Positions 1 through 8,787 of a stretch of DNA of 32,000 bases are shown piece after piece. How positions within the stretch are numbered: the stretch's first letter is position 1; each line of letters begins with the position of its first letter. The translations under genes and the position numbers were made by a program. Source of the stretch: Prochlorococcus marinus subsp. pastoris str. CCMP1986 (GTDB taxonomy: Bacteria; Cyanobacteriota; Cyanobacteriia; PCC-6307; Cyanobiaceae); contig NC_005072.1 in NCBI RefSeq assembly GCF_000011465.1, forward strand, positions 690,001 through 722,000. The letters are read 5' to 3'. Under the pieces are notes generated by a model that did not search any database, was not told the DNA's origin, and saw nothing but the letters and a program-made list of their open reading frames with translations.

Positions 1-441
1 TTTATTTTCAAATTTTCCTATTGGCTCGTGACTAAATATAAAATTACTAGATCTTTTATATTCAAGAAAGCTTATATTTTTGACTTTGCAACCGATATCA
101 TGATTGCCCACTATTAATTCAATTTTAATATTTAATGACTCTGAAAGATTTTCAACTTTACTTTTTATAGATTTACTTATTGAATATTTACTATGAAATA
201 AATCTCCTAGAATAATTAATTTATAAGGTTTATGGTTTTCTACAATTTTTTTTATGCTTAATAAATTTTGTTCATCTGAATTATTTGTAAGAGGAATCCC
301 ATTCTGCTGAAAATATTCTGCTTTACCGAGATGAACATCACATATTAATAGTTCATTTGTTTGAGGCAAAAGTAATGCTTTTGAAGGGAGCATTTCTAAT
401 GACGTATCCCCCCAACTTATTGAAAAAGACTTTTTTTGCAT
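1..441 (-). CDS. pdeM: Ligase-associated DNA damage response phosphoesterase (PdeM-like calcineurin-type metallophosphoesterase). N-terminal 147 codons only; the C-terminus runs off the window.
   Basis: My minus-strand translation from ATG 441..439 gives MQKKSFSISWGDTSLEMLPSKALLLPQTNELLICDVHLGKAEYFQQNGIPL...LIILGDLFHSKY...LIVGNHD...FSHEP. These are the DxH, GD and GNHD metallophosphoesterase motifs. The frame stays open to position 1. The start directly abuts the helicase stop (TAAATG, 439-444). Not in the ORF track because it is truncated. Confidence 0.8.
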   Translation of the reverse strand, partial: MQKKSFSISWGDTSLEMLPSKALLLPQTNELLICDVHLGKAEYFQQNGIPLTNNSDEQNLLSIKKIVENHKPYKLIILGDLFHSKYSISKSIKSKVENLSESLNIKIELIVGNHDIGCKVKNISFLEYKRSSNFIFSHEPIGKFENK

Positions 442-2919
442 TTAACTATTATATTTTTTTATAAGTTTATCTACTCTTTTTTCTATAGATTCATTGCTTA
501 ATGTATTTTTAAGTCTTTCAACTAATAAAGGAAAAGCAAATGGACTTGGAGTTTTAGTCTCGTTTAATATTATTTTTAAATTAGATAATCTTTCTAAGGA
601 ATTAGTAATTCGTTTATTTTCTAATTGGTACTCTTTTACTTCTTCATGTGCTTGTTTGATTAGCAGATGACCCTCTTCATATCTAGTAAAAACATCATAA
701 AAAAGACTTGAACTTATTTGAAGTTGTGATGAACTTTTTGTTTTGGTGGGATTATTTTGATTTACTAATCCACTAATTTGAGCAATGTTTTTAAATCTTC
801 TCTTTGTTAATTCTGAAAAATTTATTGCATTTTCTAAATCTTCTTCCAAGTTTCTATTTTCTATAAAATATGAAAATTCTTTTTCAATACTTGAAAAGTC
901 ATAATTTTCTGAAGTGGTTAAGCTAAAACCAAAATCATTTGCAGAAATACTAAATGTAGATTGCTTTTTACTAGCAAATCTTAAAGCCCAAAGAAAAGCA
1001 ATTCCTTCATTAACAAATTTTCCATCAAGTGTAAAAACAAAAAGACTTGTTAATTCTTTAGTTTTATAGATTTCAATAAGTAGTTGATTCTTTTTTGGAA
1101 TATCTGAAAGATCTTTCTGTTTTTTTAAAATTGGAAGTAATGATATTAATTCTTTATTAATATACTGATCATCATTTTCTAAGTTATTGCAAATATCTAG
1201 TTCGCTTCTTAAATTATCACTTAAAAGATCAGAGATAGCCATTTGACCTCCAACCCATGCTGGAATTAAAGAACTTTTATTGGATGATTTTTTTACATAT
1301 AAAGTCATATCTCTAATTTTTATAAACTGAAGCATTTTGCCAGCGAAGTAAAAAGTATCACCTGCTTTTAATTTACTGGCAAAGTTTTCTTCTAAATTGC
1401 CTAATGATTTTCCTTTTAAATATTTTACATTTATAAATTTATCGCTTGTTATTGTTCCAATATTAAACTTATGCATCCTTATTAAAGATTTATCTTTTAC
1501 AAAATATTTGAAGTTATGTTCATCCCCTTTTGATTTTTCTCTTTCTATCTTTTTATATTTTGGATAAGCTTTCAAACATTTTCCTCCATACTCCAAAAAA
1601 TCAATACACCAATCCCAATCTTTATCATTTAGATTTCTGTAACTCCAGCAATCTTTAATTTTTTCTTTCTCAGTAATGGGATTAAAACCTGGCCCACAAG
1701 CTAAACTAACTAGATGCTGAAGAAGAACATCAAAAGATAGTTCAGGGAGCCTAATACTTTCAGATATTCCACTTTTTATTATTCTCCTCATAGCACTAAT
1801 TTCGAGTAATTCTAATGAGTTAGTAGGCATAAAAATTATTTTTGACTTTCCTCCAGGTCTATGAGCACTCCTCCCTGCCCTTTGAATAAGTCGAGCTAAG
1901 TTTTTAGCACTTCCTATTTGTACTATTTGATCAACAGGTTGAAAGTCAATCCCTAAATCTAATGAGCTTGTACAAACAACCCATTTTATAGATCCGTTTT
2001 TAACCCCATCTTCAACTATCTTTCTCTCATCTTTATCCAATGAACCATGATGTAAAGAAATCTTATCTTCCATTTCTGGGAGACAGAATTTTAAGCATTG
2101 ATACCATCTCTCAGACTGATTTCTAGTGTTAGTGAATAGTAGTGTACTTTTGTTTTTATCTAATACTTTTAGAAGTAAGGAATAACTCCTAATTCCTAAA
2201 TGTCCACTCCATGGAAAGGTCGTTTCTTCTTCAGGTAAAATACTAAGGATTTCGATTTCTTTTTGAATATTAGTACTTATTACTGTTGGTATTTCCCCTT
2301 TTGTTCCAACAATAGCTCTTGCTGCTTCTGTAATATTACCGATAGTGGCAGACATTCCCCAAATTTGTAAATCTTTTTTATTTCCTCTAAGCCAACTTAG
2401 TGATAATTCACATTGATTACCTCTTTTACTACCCATTAACTCGTGCCACTCATCAATAATTATTGAAAATATATTACTAAATATTTTTTTAGATTCTTTA
2501 TTAGATAAGAGGAGAGAAAGTGATTCTGGAGTCGTTATTAGAATATTTGGAGGTTTAAGTATCTGCATCTTCTTTTCATATGGGCTTGTATCACCATTTC
2601 GGATTCCAACGGTTATTTCTTGATTAAAAAATTGAGATGCTAAATGTACTGCATTTTTTAAATCTCTACTTAATGCTTTTAATGGAGTTATTAGTAAAAT
2701 ACTCAATCCAGTTGGTTTTGTGGAATCTTTTAATTTCGAAAGAGGTCCCATTAAAGCTGCATAAGTTTTACCGCATCCTGTAGGAACCTGAATGATTCCA
2801 TTTTCTCCATTGAAATATGCTTTCCATGATTCAATTTGATATGGCAGAGGTTCCCATCCATTTTTATAAAAAAATTTTTCTATATTCTTAATTTCATTTT
2901 TATTTATAAAGCTTACCAT
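442..2919 (-). CDS. Ligase-associated DExH-box helicase (Lhr-like superfamily 2 helicase)
   Basis: 825-aa ORF. Walker A/motif I VPTGCGKT, motif II IIIDEWHELMG (DExH), and motif VI-like QRAGRSAHRPG. Long C-terminal Lhr-type extension. Sits between the ligase and pdeM with no intergenic spacing. Confidence 0.9.
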   Translation of the reverse strand: MVSFINKNEIKNIEKFFYKNGWEPLPYQIESWKAYFNGENGIIQVPTGCGKTYAALMGPLSKLKDSTKPTGLSILLITPLKALSRDLKNAVHLASQFFNQEITVGIRNGDTSPYEKKMQILKPPNILITTPESLSLLLSNKESKKIFSNIFSIIIDEWHELMGSKRGNQCELSLSWLRGNKKDLQIWGMSATIGNITEAARAIVGTKGEIPTVISTNIQKEIEILSILPEEETTFPWSGHLGIRSYSLLLKVLDKNKSTLLFTNTRNQSERWYQCLKFCLPEMEDKISLHHGSLDKDERKIVEDGVKNGSIKWVVCTSSLDLGIDFQPVDQIVQIGSAKNLARLIQRAGRSAHRPGGKSKIIFMPTNSLELLEISAMRRIIKSGISESIRLPELSFDVLLQHLVSLACGPGFNPITEKEKIKDCWSYRNLNDKDWDWCIDFLEYGGKCLKAYPKYKKIEREKSKGDEHNFKYFVKDKSLIRMHKFNIGTITSDKFINVKYLKGKSLGNLEENFASKLKAGDTFYFAGKMLQFIKIRDMTLYVKKSSNKSSLIPAWVGGQMAISDLLSDNLRSELDICNNLENDDQYINKELISLLPILKKQKDLSDIPKKNQLLIEIYKTKELTSLFVFTLDGKFVNEGIAFLWALRFASKKQSTFSISANDFGFSLTTSENYDFSSIEKEFSYFIENRNLEEDLENAINFSELTKRRFKNIAQISGLVNQNNPTKTKSSSQLQISSSLFYDVFTRYEEGHLLIKQAHEEVKEYQLENKRITNSLERLSNLKIILNETKTPSPFAFPLLVERLKNTLSNESIEKRVDKLIKKYNS

Positions 2920-4556
2920 TATTTATTTAACATTAATTTCTGAGCGTTTTCTAAGGTATCAGCATCTTTAATTAGCTTATCTTTCCTCCATTTAGTTATT
3001 CTTGGAAATCTAACAGCAATTCCTGATTTATGACGTTTTGAAATTTGTATATTTTCGAAGGAAATTTCGAAGACCATTTCCGGTCTTACTGATCTAACAG
3101 GTCCAAATCTATCAATAGTATTTTGTCTAATCCATCTATCTAACTCTTTAATTTCAGTGTTGTTTAATCCAGAATAAGCACTAGCAAATTTGATTAATTC
3201 TCCATCTTTCCAAAGAGCAAAACTATAGTCAGTATATAGACCTGCTCTTATCCCACTCCCGCCTTTGGCATAAATGAGGACTGCATCGAGTTGCATTGGA
3301 TCAACTTTATATTTCCACCAAAGACCTTTCTTTCTGCCTGGAGTGTAGATTGATTTTTTATTTTTAATAACTAATCCCTCCGTTCCATTATCTCTAGAAT
3401 TGTTTTTAAAAGTTTCTACCTCTTCCCAATTTTTTGGATATATTAAATCACTTATTTTAAAAATATTAGATAATTCTTCTTTACTTTCATTTAACCAATT
3501 ATATAAATGTTTTTCTAAACTGTTTCTTCTGATTTCTAAATTTGAGTCTCTTTGATCTTCTCCATTTATTTCTAAAATATCATAGGCAATAAATATAATA
3601 GGTAAATTTTTTTGAATTAATCTTGATGGCGCCTTTCTATTAATTCTTTTTTGAAGCAAAGAGAAATTAAGAGGAAGACTCTTCTTAAAATCCCAGACTA
3701 ATAATTCACCATCTATTACAAAGTCATCTTTGATAGATGAGATTTTTTCTACTAATTCAGGGAAAGATTTATTTACTAAATCTTGACCTCTTGTCCATAT
3801 TGAAACTTTTCCTGACCTTTTTATTAATTGAATTCTGATTCCATCCCATTTCCATTCAAACTGAAAATCGTTAGTTGATTTATCTATAATTTTCTTTTCA
3901 AAAGTATTAGCTAGAAGAAAGGGGTAAGGTTTGTAATTTAACTCTGAAGGATTTATTTTTTTATCTATTAATAATTTATATGATTCTTCAGAGGGAATAA
4001 AATCGCCCATTAATCTATGAGAAATTATTGCTTCATCTATATTTATTAGCTTGGCTATAGATTTTGTTATCAATCCTATAGAGACTCCAACTCTAAAAGT
4101 ACCAGTTAAGATTTTATTTATAACTAGAAGATTTTCTTTTGGAATAGTTTCCCAAATTTCTTTCACTCTTAACTTCTTCTCATCTTCTTTAAGAATGGAT
4201 AACTCTGGAAAAGATTTATTTAATAATTCATGCAGAGAACCATCTTGATATTTTGTATTTTTTTCTGTGATCACATTCCTTAATAATAGGGATATAACTT
4301 CTGCAGAATCTCCAACTTTTAAATAACAAGAATCAATTAACCATAAAGGGTATTCATAAATTTCTGAAAATAAAGTTTTAAGGGATCTTCCACTTATAAA
4401 TCTCTTATTGTTTTTTCCTGTAAGTAAATATATTGTCCATGAGTTTTCTAAAGCCTCATTTGAAGAAAAATAGTTTTGTAAAATTCCAATCTTTTTATTT
4501 GTGCTATTACAAGAGTCTAAATTTATAAATAATTCTGAAAACTTTTTTAGGCTCAT
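2919..4556 (-). CDS. ATP-dependent DNA ligase
   Basis: 545-aa ORF. Nucleotidyltransferase motif I KxDGxR appears as EWKWDGIRIQL (K236, codon 3849..3851). Later ligase motifs DGELLVW, EGLVIK and LWWKYK. Its stop overlaps the helicase start by 1 nt (TAATG at 2917-2921). Confidence 0.92.
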   Translation of the reverse strand: MSLKKFSELFINLDSCNSTNKKIGILQNYFSSNEALENSWTIYLLTGKNNKRFISGRSLKTLFSEIYEYPLWLIDSCYLKVGDSAEVISLLLRNVITEKNTKYQDGSLHELLNKSFPELSILKEDEKKLRVKEIWETIPKENLLVINKILTGTFRVGVSIGLITKSIAKLINIDEAIISHRLMGDFIPSEESYKLLIDKKINPSELNYKPYPFLLANTFEKKIIDKSTNDFQFEWKWDGIRIQLIKRSGKVSIWTRGQDLVNKSFPELVEKISSIKDDFVIDGELLVWDFKKSLPLNFSLLQKRINRKAPSRLIQKNLPIIFIAYDILEINGEDQRDSNLEIRRNSLEKHLYNWLNESKEELSNIFKISDLIYPKNWEEVETFKNNSRDNGTEGLVIKNKKSIYTPGRKKGLWWKYKVDPMQLDAVLIYAKGGSGIRAGLYTDYSFALWKDGELIKFASAYSGLNNTEIKELDRWIRQNTIDRFGPVRSVRPEMVFEISFENIQISKRHKSGIAVRFPRITKWRKDKLIKDADTLENAQKLMLNK

Positions 4557-5545
4557 TTTTTAAATTCAAATTCAAGAACATTTATCGAATTTTTTTCTTT
4601 TAAATATTTATTTAAAGCTTCACTCTCTCCATGGTGAAAAAAAACATTTTTAGCTTTAGATTCTTTTATTGTCTTTAAAATAGCTATCCAATCAGCATGG
4701 TCTGAGATAGAAAAACCTTTATCATACCCAGACCTCTTTCTGAGTGCTCTAATTGACATCCAGCCACTTGCAAATCCAGTTTGAATGTCTTTAAAATTTT
4801 TTAGAGAAGAACTTTTATTTAAAGCAGGTGGAAGTATTATTAGACTTCCTTTAAGATCTGAATTATTTTTAGTTTGTTCTAATTTCGTTGTTTCAATAAT
4901 ATCAATACCTAATTTTTTATAACAGTTATTCATCCTATAAATACTGCTGTGTGTATAAATATTATTTATAAAATTTGTTTTACTAATTTCATTCAATAGT
5001 CTTTGTGCTTTTCCAAGCGAATAGCAAAATAAGATAGATGTTTTTTCTTGGGATGAGTTCACCCATTTTGTAATATCAGATGCCGTCTTTTGAGGTTCAT
5101 CCCACTTAAAAATTGGCAAGCCAAAAGTTGATTCACTTATTAAATAATCAGTTTTTACTATTTCATATTCTTTGCAAGTTTCATCTTTTTGACGTTTAAA
5201 ATCACCAGTGATTAACCAAATCTCTTCAGCGAGACTAAATTTGATTTGACTTGACCCGAGTATATGACCTGATGGATGGAAAGAAATTTTGATACCGTTA
5301 ATTTTAAATTCTTTTTCATAATCGTAAGTTTTAATATTGATTTCTTTTCCTATTCTTTCTTTTATAATCACTGCAGTTTCATAAGTTGAAATATATTCAT
5401 CGCATCCAAAAGTGAAATGATCCATATGGGCATGAGTAATTAGTGCTCTTTTTACTGGTTTAATTGGATCTATCCAAGTATCAGCTAGTTCACAATAAAG
5501 ACCACTACTTGTGTATTTAATTAAATAAGAACTATCCTCTTTCAA
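4553..5545 (-). CDS. Ligase-associated DNA damage response exonuclease (metallo-beta-lactamase fold, often annotated as mRNA 3'-end processing factor-like)
   Basis: 330-aa ORF with the HxHxDH motif (ITHAHMDH), later GHILGS and SDHAD motifs. ATGA overlap with the ligase start (4553-4556). The start is TTG at 5545..5543; the first in-frame ATG lies inside the conserved HAHMDH motif itself. Confidence 0.85.
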   Translation of the reverse strand: MKEDSSYLIKYTSSGLYCELADTWIDPIKPVKRALITHAHMDHFTFGCDEYISTYETAVIIKERIGKEINIKTYDYEKEFKINGIKISFHPSGHILGSSQIKFSLAEEIWLITGDFKRQKDETCKEYEIVKTDYLISESTFGLPIFKWDEPQKTASDITKWVNSSQEKTSILFCYSLGKAQRLLNEISKTNFINNIYTHSSIYRMNNCYKKLGIDIIETTKLEQTKNNSDLKGSLIILPPALNKSSSLKNFKDIQTGFASGWMSIRALRKRSGYDKGFSISDHADWIAILKTIKESKAKNVFFHHGESEALNKYLKEKNSINVLEFEFKK

Positions 5546-5581
5546 TAATTTAAATTATTTTAATGATGTTAATTTAGCGAA

Positions 5582-5992
5582 TTATGCCCACGCTTGTTTA
5601 GTTAATGCTATTGCTGAAATAGCTAAAAGAGAAATAAAAACAAATTTATTACTCCATTTCATCATGAAAACCCCTAAATCAAATGATATTTTTTCAGGTT
5701 GTGGAACCTGTTTTTGAACTATTTCTTTTTTTGACGAATCAACTTTATTAAAGCTGTAATTTTTAATTTTATTTATTAGTTTTGACTCTATATTTGATAA
5801 ATCTTCTATTTCACTTAATAGGACTTTATCGTCTGGATTAATAAAATTAGTTAGTGTTTCAATTTCTTGTTGTTTAGAAGAGCAAAAGTCGTTTACTATT
5901 TTTTCAGAATTTTCACCATTCTTTATTTTTGATAGGATCTCTTCTCTTGACCAAGAATTTTCAAGAGATTTTAAGGCCTCAGTGATTTTCAT
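5582..5992 (-). CDS. Hypothetical protein with a C-terminal transmembrane anchor
   Basis: 136-aa ORF with an ATG start. Acidic helical N-terminal part and a hydrophobic C-terminus (FVFISLLAISAIALT). ORFs this long are unlikely by chance where stop triplets are so frequent. Confidence 0.55.
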   Translation of the reverse strand: MKITEALKSLENSWSREEILSKIKNGENSEKIVNDFCSSKQQEIETLTNFINPDDKVLLSEIEDLSNIESKLINKIKNYSFNKVDSSKKEIVQKQVPQPEKISFDLGVFMMKWSNKFVFISLLAISAIALTKQAWA

Positions 5993-6076
5993 TTTAAGTA
6001 TTTTTACTTATGATAATTATTTAGATATTTCTTCTGTGGTTTTAAATACTTAAAATAAGGAAAAAATTTGTTTTAT

Positions 6077-6364
6077 TTAAGATTTCGATATAAGTCTATT
6101 TGGGAAATAACTTATTTTTGTTTCTTTTTTAATTTTTCTTGTTTTGCTTTTAATTGAAGTTTTCTTTTGGTTAATTTCAACTATTTCTTCAGAAACATTT
6201 TTACCTGTTTCAAAGTAATTTTTTACTTTTTCTAATTCTTCTTCATTTAATCGTTTTGTTGCTCCTTTCGCATTAATACCTATTGATTTGCAAGCCAATA
6301 AAATTCTATTACTATCAATATTAAGTTCCTTTGCAATACTATAAATAGGAGTGTTAGAAGCCAT
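6077..6364 (-). CDS. Small protein with an IF-2 N-terminal-like (IF2_N) domain and a basic tail
   Basis: 95-aa ORF. IYSIAKELNIDSNRILLACKSIGINAKGATKRLNEEELEKVKNYF matches the IF2_N helix pattern (ELAkeLgv..k.li..l...Gi.vk..s..L.eee...l...f) as I remember it. Lys-rich C-terminal tail. Confidence 0.6.
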   Translation of the reverse strand: MASNTPIYSIAKELNIDSNRILLACKSIGINAKGATKRLNEEELEKVKNYFETGKNVSEEIVEINQKKTSIKSKTRKIKKETKISYFPNRLISKS

Positions 6365-6459
6365 TATTTATTCGTAAATCAATATTTGTATTATATCCTT
6401 ATTAATTCAGAAATTATTAAATATGAAATTTTTATGAACTTTCTGTAGTTGAATTGAAT

Positions 6460-7776
6460 TTATTTTAAGTCTTCGTCATTTCTTAAATCATTAAATTTCT
6501 TCTTCATTGTGGGATTATTTTTAGTTAACTTTTTAACTGTTAAATCTTGCGATTTACTATCAGCAGATAAAAGATGTTTTTTAGATACTAGTAATGCCTC
6601 TTTCGTTTTTTGTAAATGACTTATTGATTTATCTATTTCAGAAATTGCGTCATTAAATCTATCCTGCGCTAATGAAACATTTTTCCCTACCGCATTTTTA
6701 AATTGATCAAGAGTACTTTCAAAGTTTGTTATGTCATAATTCTCTCTTTTCATTAAATCTATTTGAGTTTTATACTTTAAAGTTTCGAAAGAAGCATTTC
6801 TAAGAAGAGAAATAATAGGCAGAAAGAATTGTGGCCTTATTACAAACATCTTTGGATATTTATAAGAGACATCTACAATTCCCGAATTATATAGTTCACT
6901 TTCTGGTTCCAATAATGAAACCAATACTGCATATTCGCATGATTTCTGATTTCTATCTTTATCTAATTCTTTAAAGAAGTCTTCATTTTTTCGTTTATTA
7001 AAACCATCAGCACTTTGGTTTTTCATCTCAAACATGATAGACACGATTTCAATTTTATTATCATCAAACTCTCTAAAAATATAGTCACCTTTGCTTCCTG
7101 AACTTGCATCATTATCTTTTTCAAAATATGAGTTTTTAAAAGCAGTAGCTCGATTTAGATTGAATTGCGTCTCACAATGTATTTCTAATGTTTCTCCAAC
7201 CATTTTTGTTGAAAGTTTAGATTTCATATCTCTTAGCTCTTGAATTGTTAAATCACGCTCAGTAATTTTGTTCTTAAATTTTTCTTCAATTTCTCTCTGG
7301 TTTATGGATTGTTCTAATTTCATTTTTTCAATAGAGTTTATTAATGTATTTTTTTCTTTTTCTAAACTATTTACAGCTTCAATTACTTTATTCTTTGACG
7401 ATAAATCACTAATTACAGATTGCCTTTCAATATCCTCCTTTAATTTAATTACTTCATTATTGAGTAAATTGATTTTGTTGGTAGCTTTATTTTTTAGTTC
7501 ATTTAATTCATTTAATTTCTTTTCTTCAGCGATATTTAACTTAGACTCAAGGTCTTGAATTTTTGCATCTTTTTTTTGCCTGTCTTCCATTAATTTTATT
7601 TTTAATTCTTGTTTAGCAATTTCTATCCCTTTATTCTTATCTTCTTCAGCGAGTTTAAGTCTTTCCTCTATTTGCTTGTTAAATTCCTCGTCTTTAATTT
7701 GAAGAAGTATTTCTTGAAAGCTGCTGGGATCTATTCTGAATGTTTTTCCACATGATGGACATTTTATATCTTTCAT
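6460..7776 (-). CDS. DUF2130-like protein: N-terminal zinc ribbon, long coiled coil, C-terminal PD-(D/E)xK-like nuclease-fold region
   Basis: 438-aa ORF. CPSCGKTF near the N-terminus. About 170 residues of heptad-like K/E/L-rich sequence. The C-terminal block GETLEIHCE...YFEKDND...SKGDYIFREF...IVSIMFEMKN...CEYAVLVS resembles the DUF2130 conserved core. D231...E250-x-K252 (7021-7086) has PD-(D/E)xK spacing. Confidence 0.7.
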   Translation of the reverse strand: MKDIKCPSCGKTFRIDPSSFQEILLQIKDEEFNKQIEERLKLAEEDKNKGIEIAKQELKIKLMEDRQKKDAKIQDLESKLNIAEEKKLNELNELKNKATNKINLLNNEVIKLKEDIERQSVISDLSSKNKVIEAVNSLEKEKNTLINSIEKMKLEQSINQREIEEKFKNKITERDLTIQELRDMKSKLSTKMVGETLEIHCETQFNLNRATAFKNSYFEKDNDASSGSKGDYIFREFDDNKIEIVSIMFEMKNQSADGFNKRKNEDFFKELDKDRNQKSCEYAVLVSLLEPESELYNSGIVDVSYKYPKMFVIRPQFFLPIISLLRNASFETLKYKTQIDLMKRENYDITNFESTLDQFKNAVGKNVSLAQDRFNDAISEIDKSISHLQKTKEALLVSKKHLLSADSKSQDLTVKKLTKNNPTMKKKFNDLRNDEDLK

Positions 7777-7919
7777 TTTTTACTAATAAAGAATTTTTTT
7801 TTTGAAAATGACATGATACTTTATTTATTTATAAGGAATTTAATTATGGATATAGAATAATCATAGATTGAATATGATGCATCAAATAATTATAAGAAAT
7901 AAAAATAATTCGTCTCCTT

Positions 7920-8285
7920 CTAAATTAAACCTGATTCTTTTAAGAAATTGATTTTATTTGCTAGTTCAATATCTGCTGTTGAGATAGATCTATCTGAAGT
8001 TTTTTGGGAAGAGATTGTATATCCGCTATCATCAACAAACTCATCCTCTGAATCGGATATATTTTTAATGGGTTGATTATTGGTATAAGTTTCAGAATTA
8101 AATGATTTAGTTTTACTCAAATTGCCATATCCAAAATTTGCGATACCTCTAGAATCCAATGCTTCTTCTACTAGTATTCCAACAACTTTTGACCTGCTTA
8201 TAGATTCACTTTTAGATATTTGATCTATAATTTCCAGAACTCTTTTCCTGGGTAAATACCCTATCCTTTTAACTGGATTTTCCAT
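7920..8285 (-). CDS. Hypothetical protein with an N-terminal ribbon-helix-helix-like (CopG/Arc-type) segment and an acidic low-complexity tail
   Basis: ORF-track ORF 7920..8294 begins at a TTG. An in-frame ATG at 8285..8283 gives MENPVKRIGYLPRKRVLEIIDQISKSESISRSKVVGILVEEAL, a beta-strand, helix, helix pattern typical of RHH DNA binders. The domain call is tentative. Confidence 0.5.
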   Translation of the reverse strand: MENPVKRIGYLPRKRVLEIIDQISKSESISRSKVVGILVEEALDSRGIANFGYGNLSKTKSFNSETYTNNQPIKNISDSEDEFVDDSGYTISSQKTSDRSISTADIELANKINFLKESGLI

Positions 8286-8297
8286 ACGAATCAAGCA

Positions 8298-8326
8298 TTT
8301 GACGTAATTGTAACACTTTTGTCAAA
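8298..8326. promoter_or_regulatory. Inverted repeat TTTGAC-N17-GTCAAA just upstream of the RHH-like gene. Possible operator overlapping a minus-strand TTGACA -35-like hexamer.
   Basis: TTTGAC at 8298..8303 and GTCAAA at 8321..8326. On the minus strand this reads TTGACA, then 17 nt, then TCAAAT, about 11 nt before the ATG at 8285. Confidence 0.2.
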
Positions 8327-8519
8327 TATTTCTAGGCGATAAAATATTTAATATTTATAACGTAGTAACTATTTATTATGGTATCCATAACATTATCGTT
8401 CTGAATTGTAATGAAATAGTTTATTTCTTAGATTTTTTTCGATTACTTCATTATTATTATTTTTAAACAATTTTTTTAAGTAATTATTACAAGGACCTTA
8501 AATTTTTAAACCACTTTTT

Positions 8520-8723
8520 ATGAAAGATAAAACCTATAATAATGCCGACAGTTTTGCTATATCTTTTGATGAAGAGTGGCAAAAAGTTGATTGTAATGAT
8601 ACGGCTCAAAAAATAGATAAAGTTATTGAAATTTTATCTGAACATCCATTTGTTATTTCAAATTTTGATAATGCAAAAAATATAGCAGAATTTAGAATTT
8701 ATTCTCTTAAAAAATTTAAATAA
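8520..8723 (+). CDS. Hypothetical small acidic protein
   Basis: 67-aa ORF with an ATG start and no overlap with other ORFs. No recognisable motif. Confidence 0.45.
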   Translation: MKDKTYNNADSFAISFDEEWQKVDCNDTAQKIDKVIEILSEHPFVISNFDNAKNIAEFRIYSLKKFK

Positions 8724-8787
8724 TTATAAATATTTACTAATTTTAAATTGTAAATTATTTGTTTAATAGTTAACTAATAGTTTTTAA

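Noticed and set aside
4051-4248. 65-aa plus-strand ORF inside the DNA ligase gene
   Set aside because: It is antisense to a well-supported ligase CDS and has no independent support.
7268-7558. 96-aa plus-strand ORF inside the DUF2130-like gene
   Set aside because: Its Phe/Ser/Leu-rich product is the mirror image of the K/E-rich coiled-coil codons on the other strand, a classic antisense artefact.
7794-7803. T10 homopolymer just upstream of the DUF2130-like gene (also T9 at 12299..12307) as a possible phase-variation tract
   Set aside because: A/T homopolymers of this length are expected at this base composition. The tracts are intergenic and there is no evidence of length variation.
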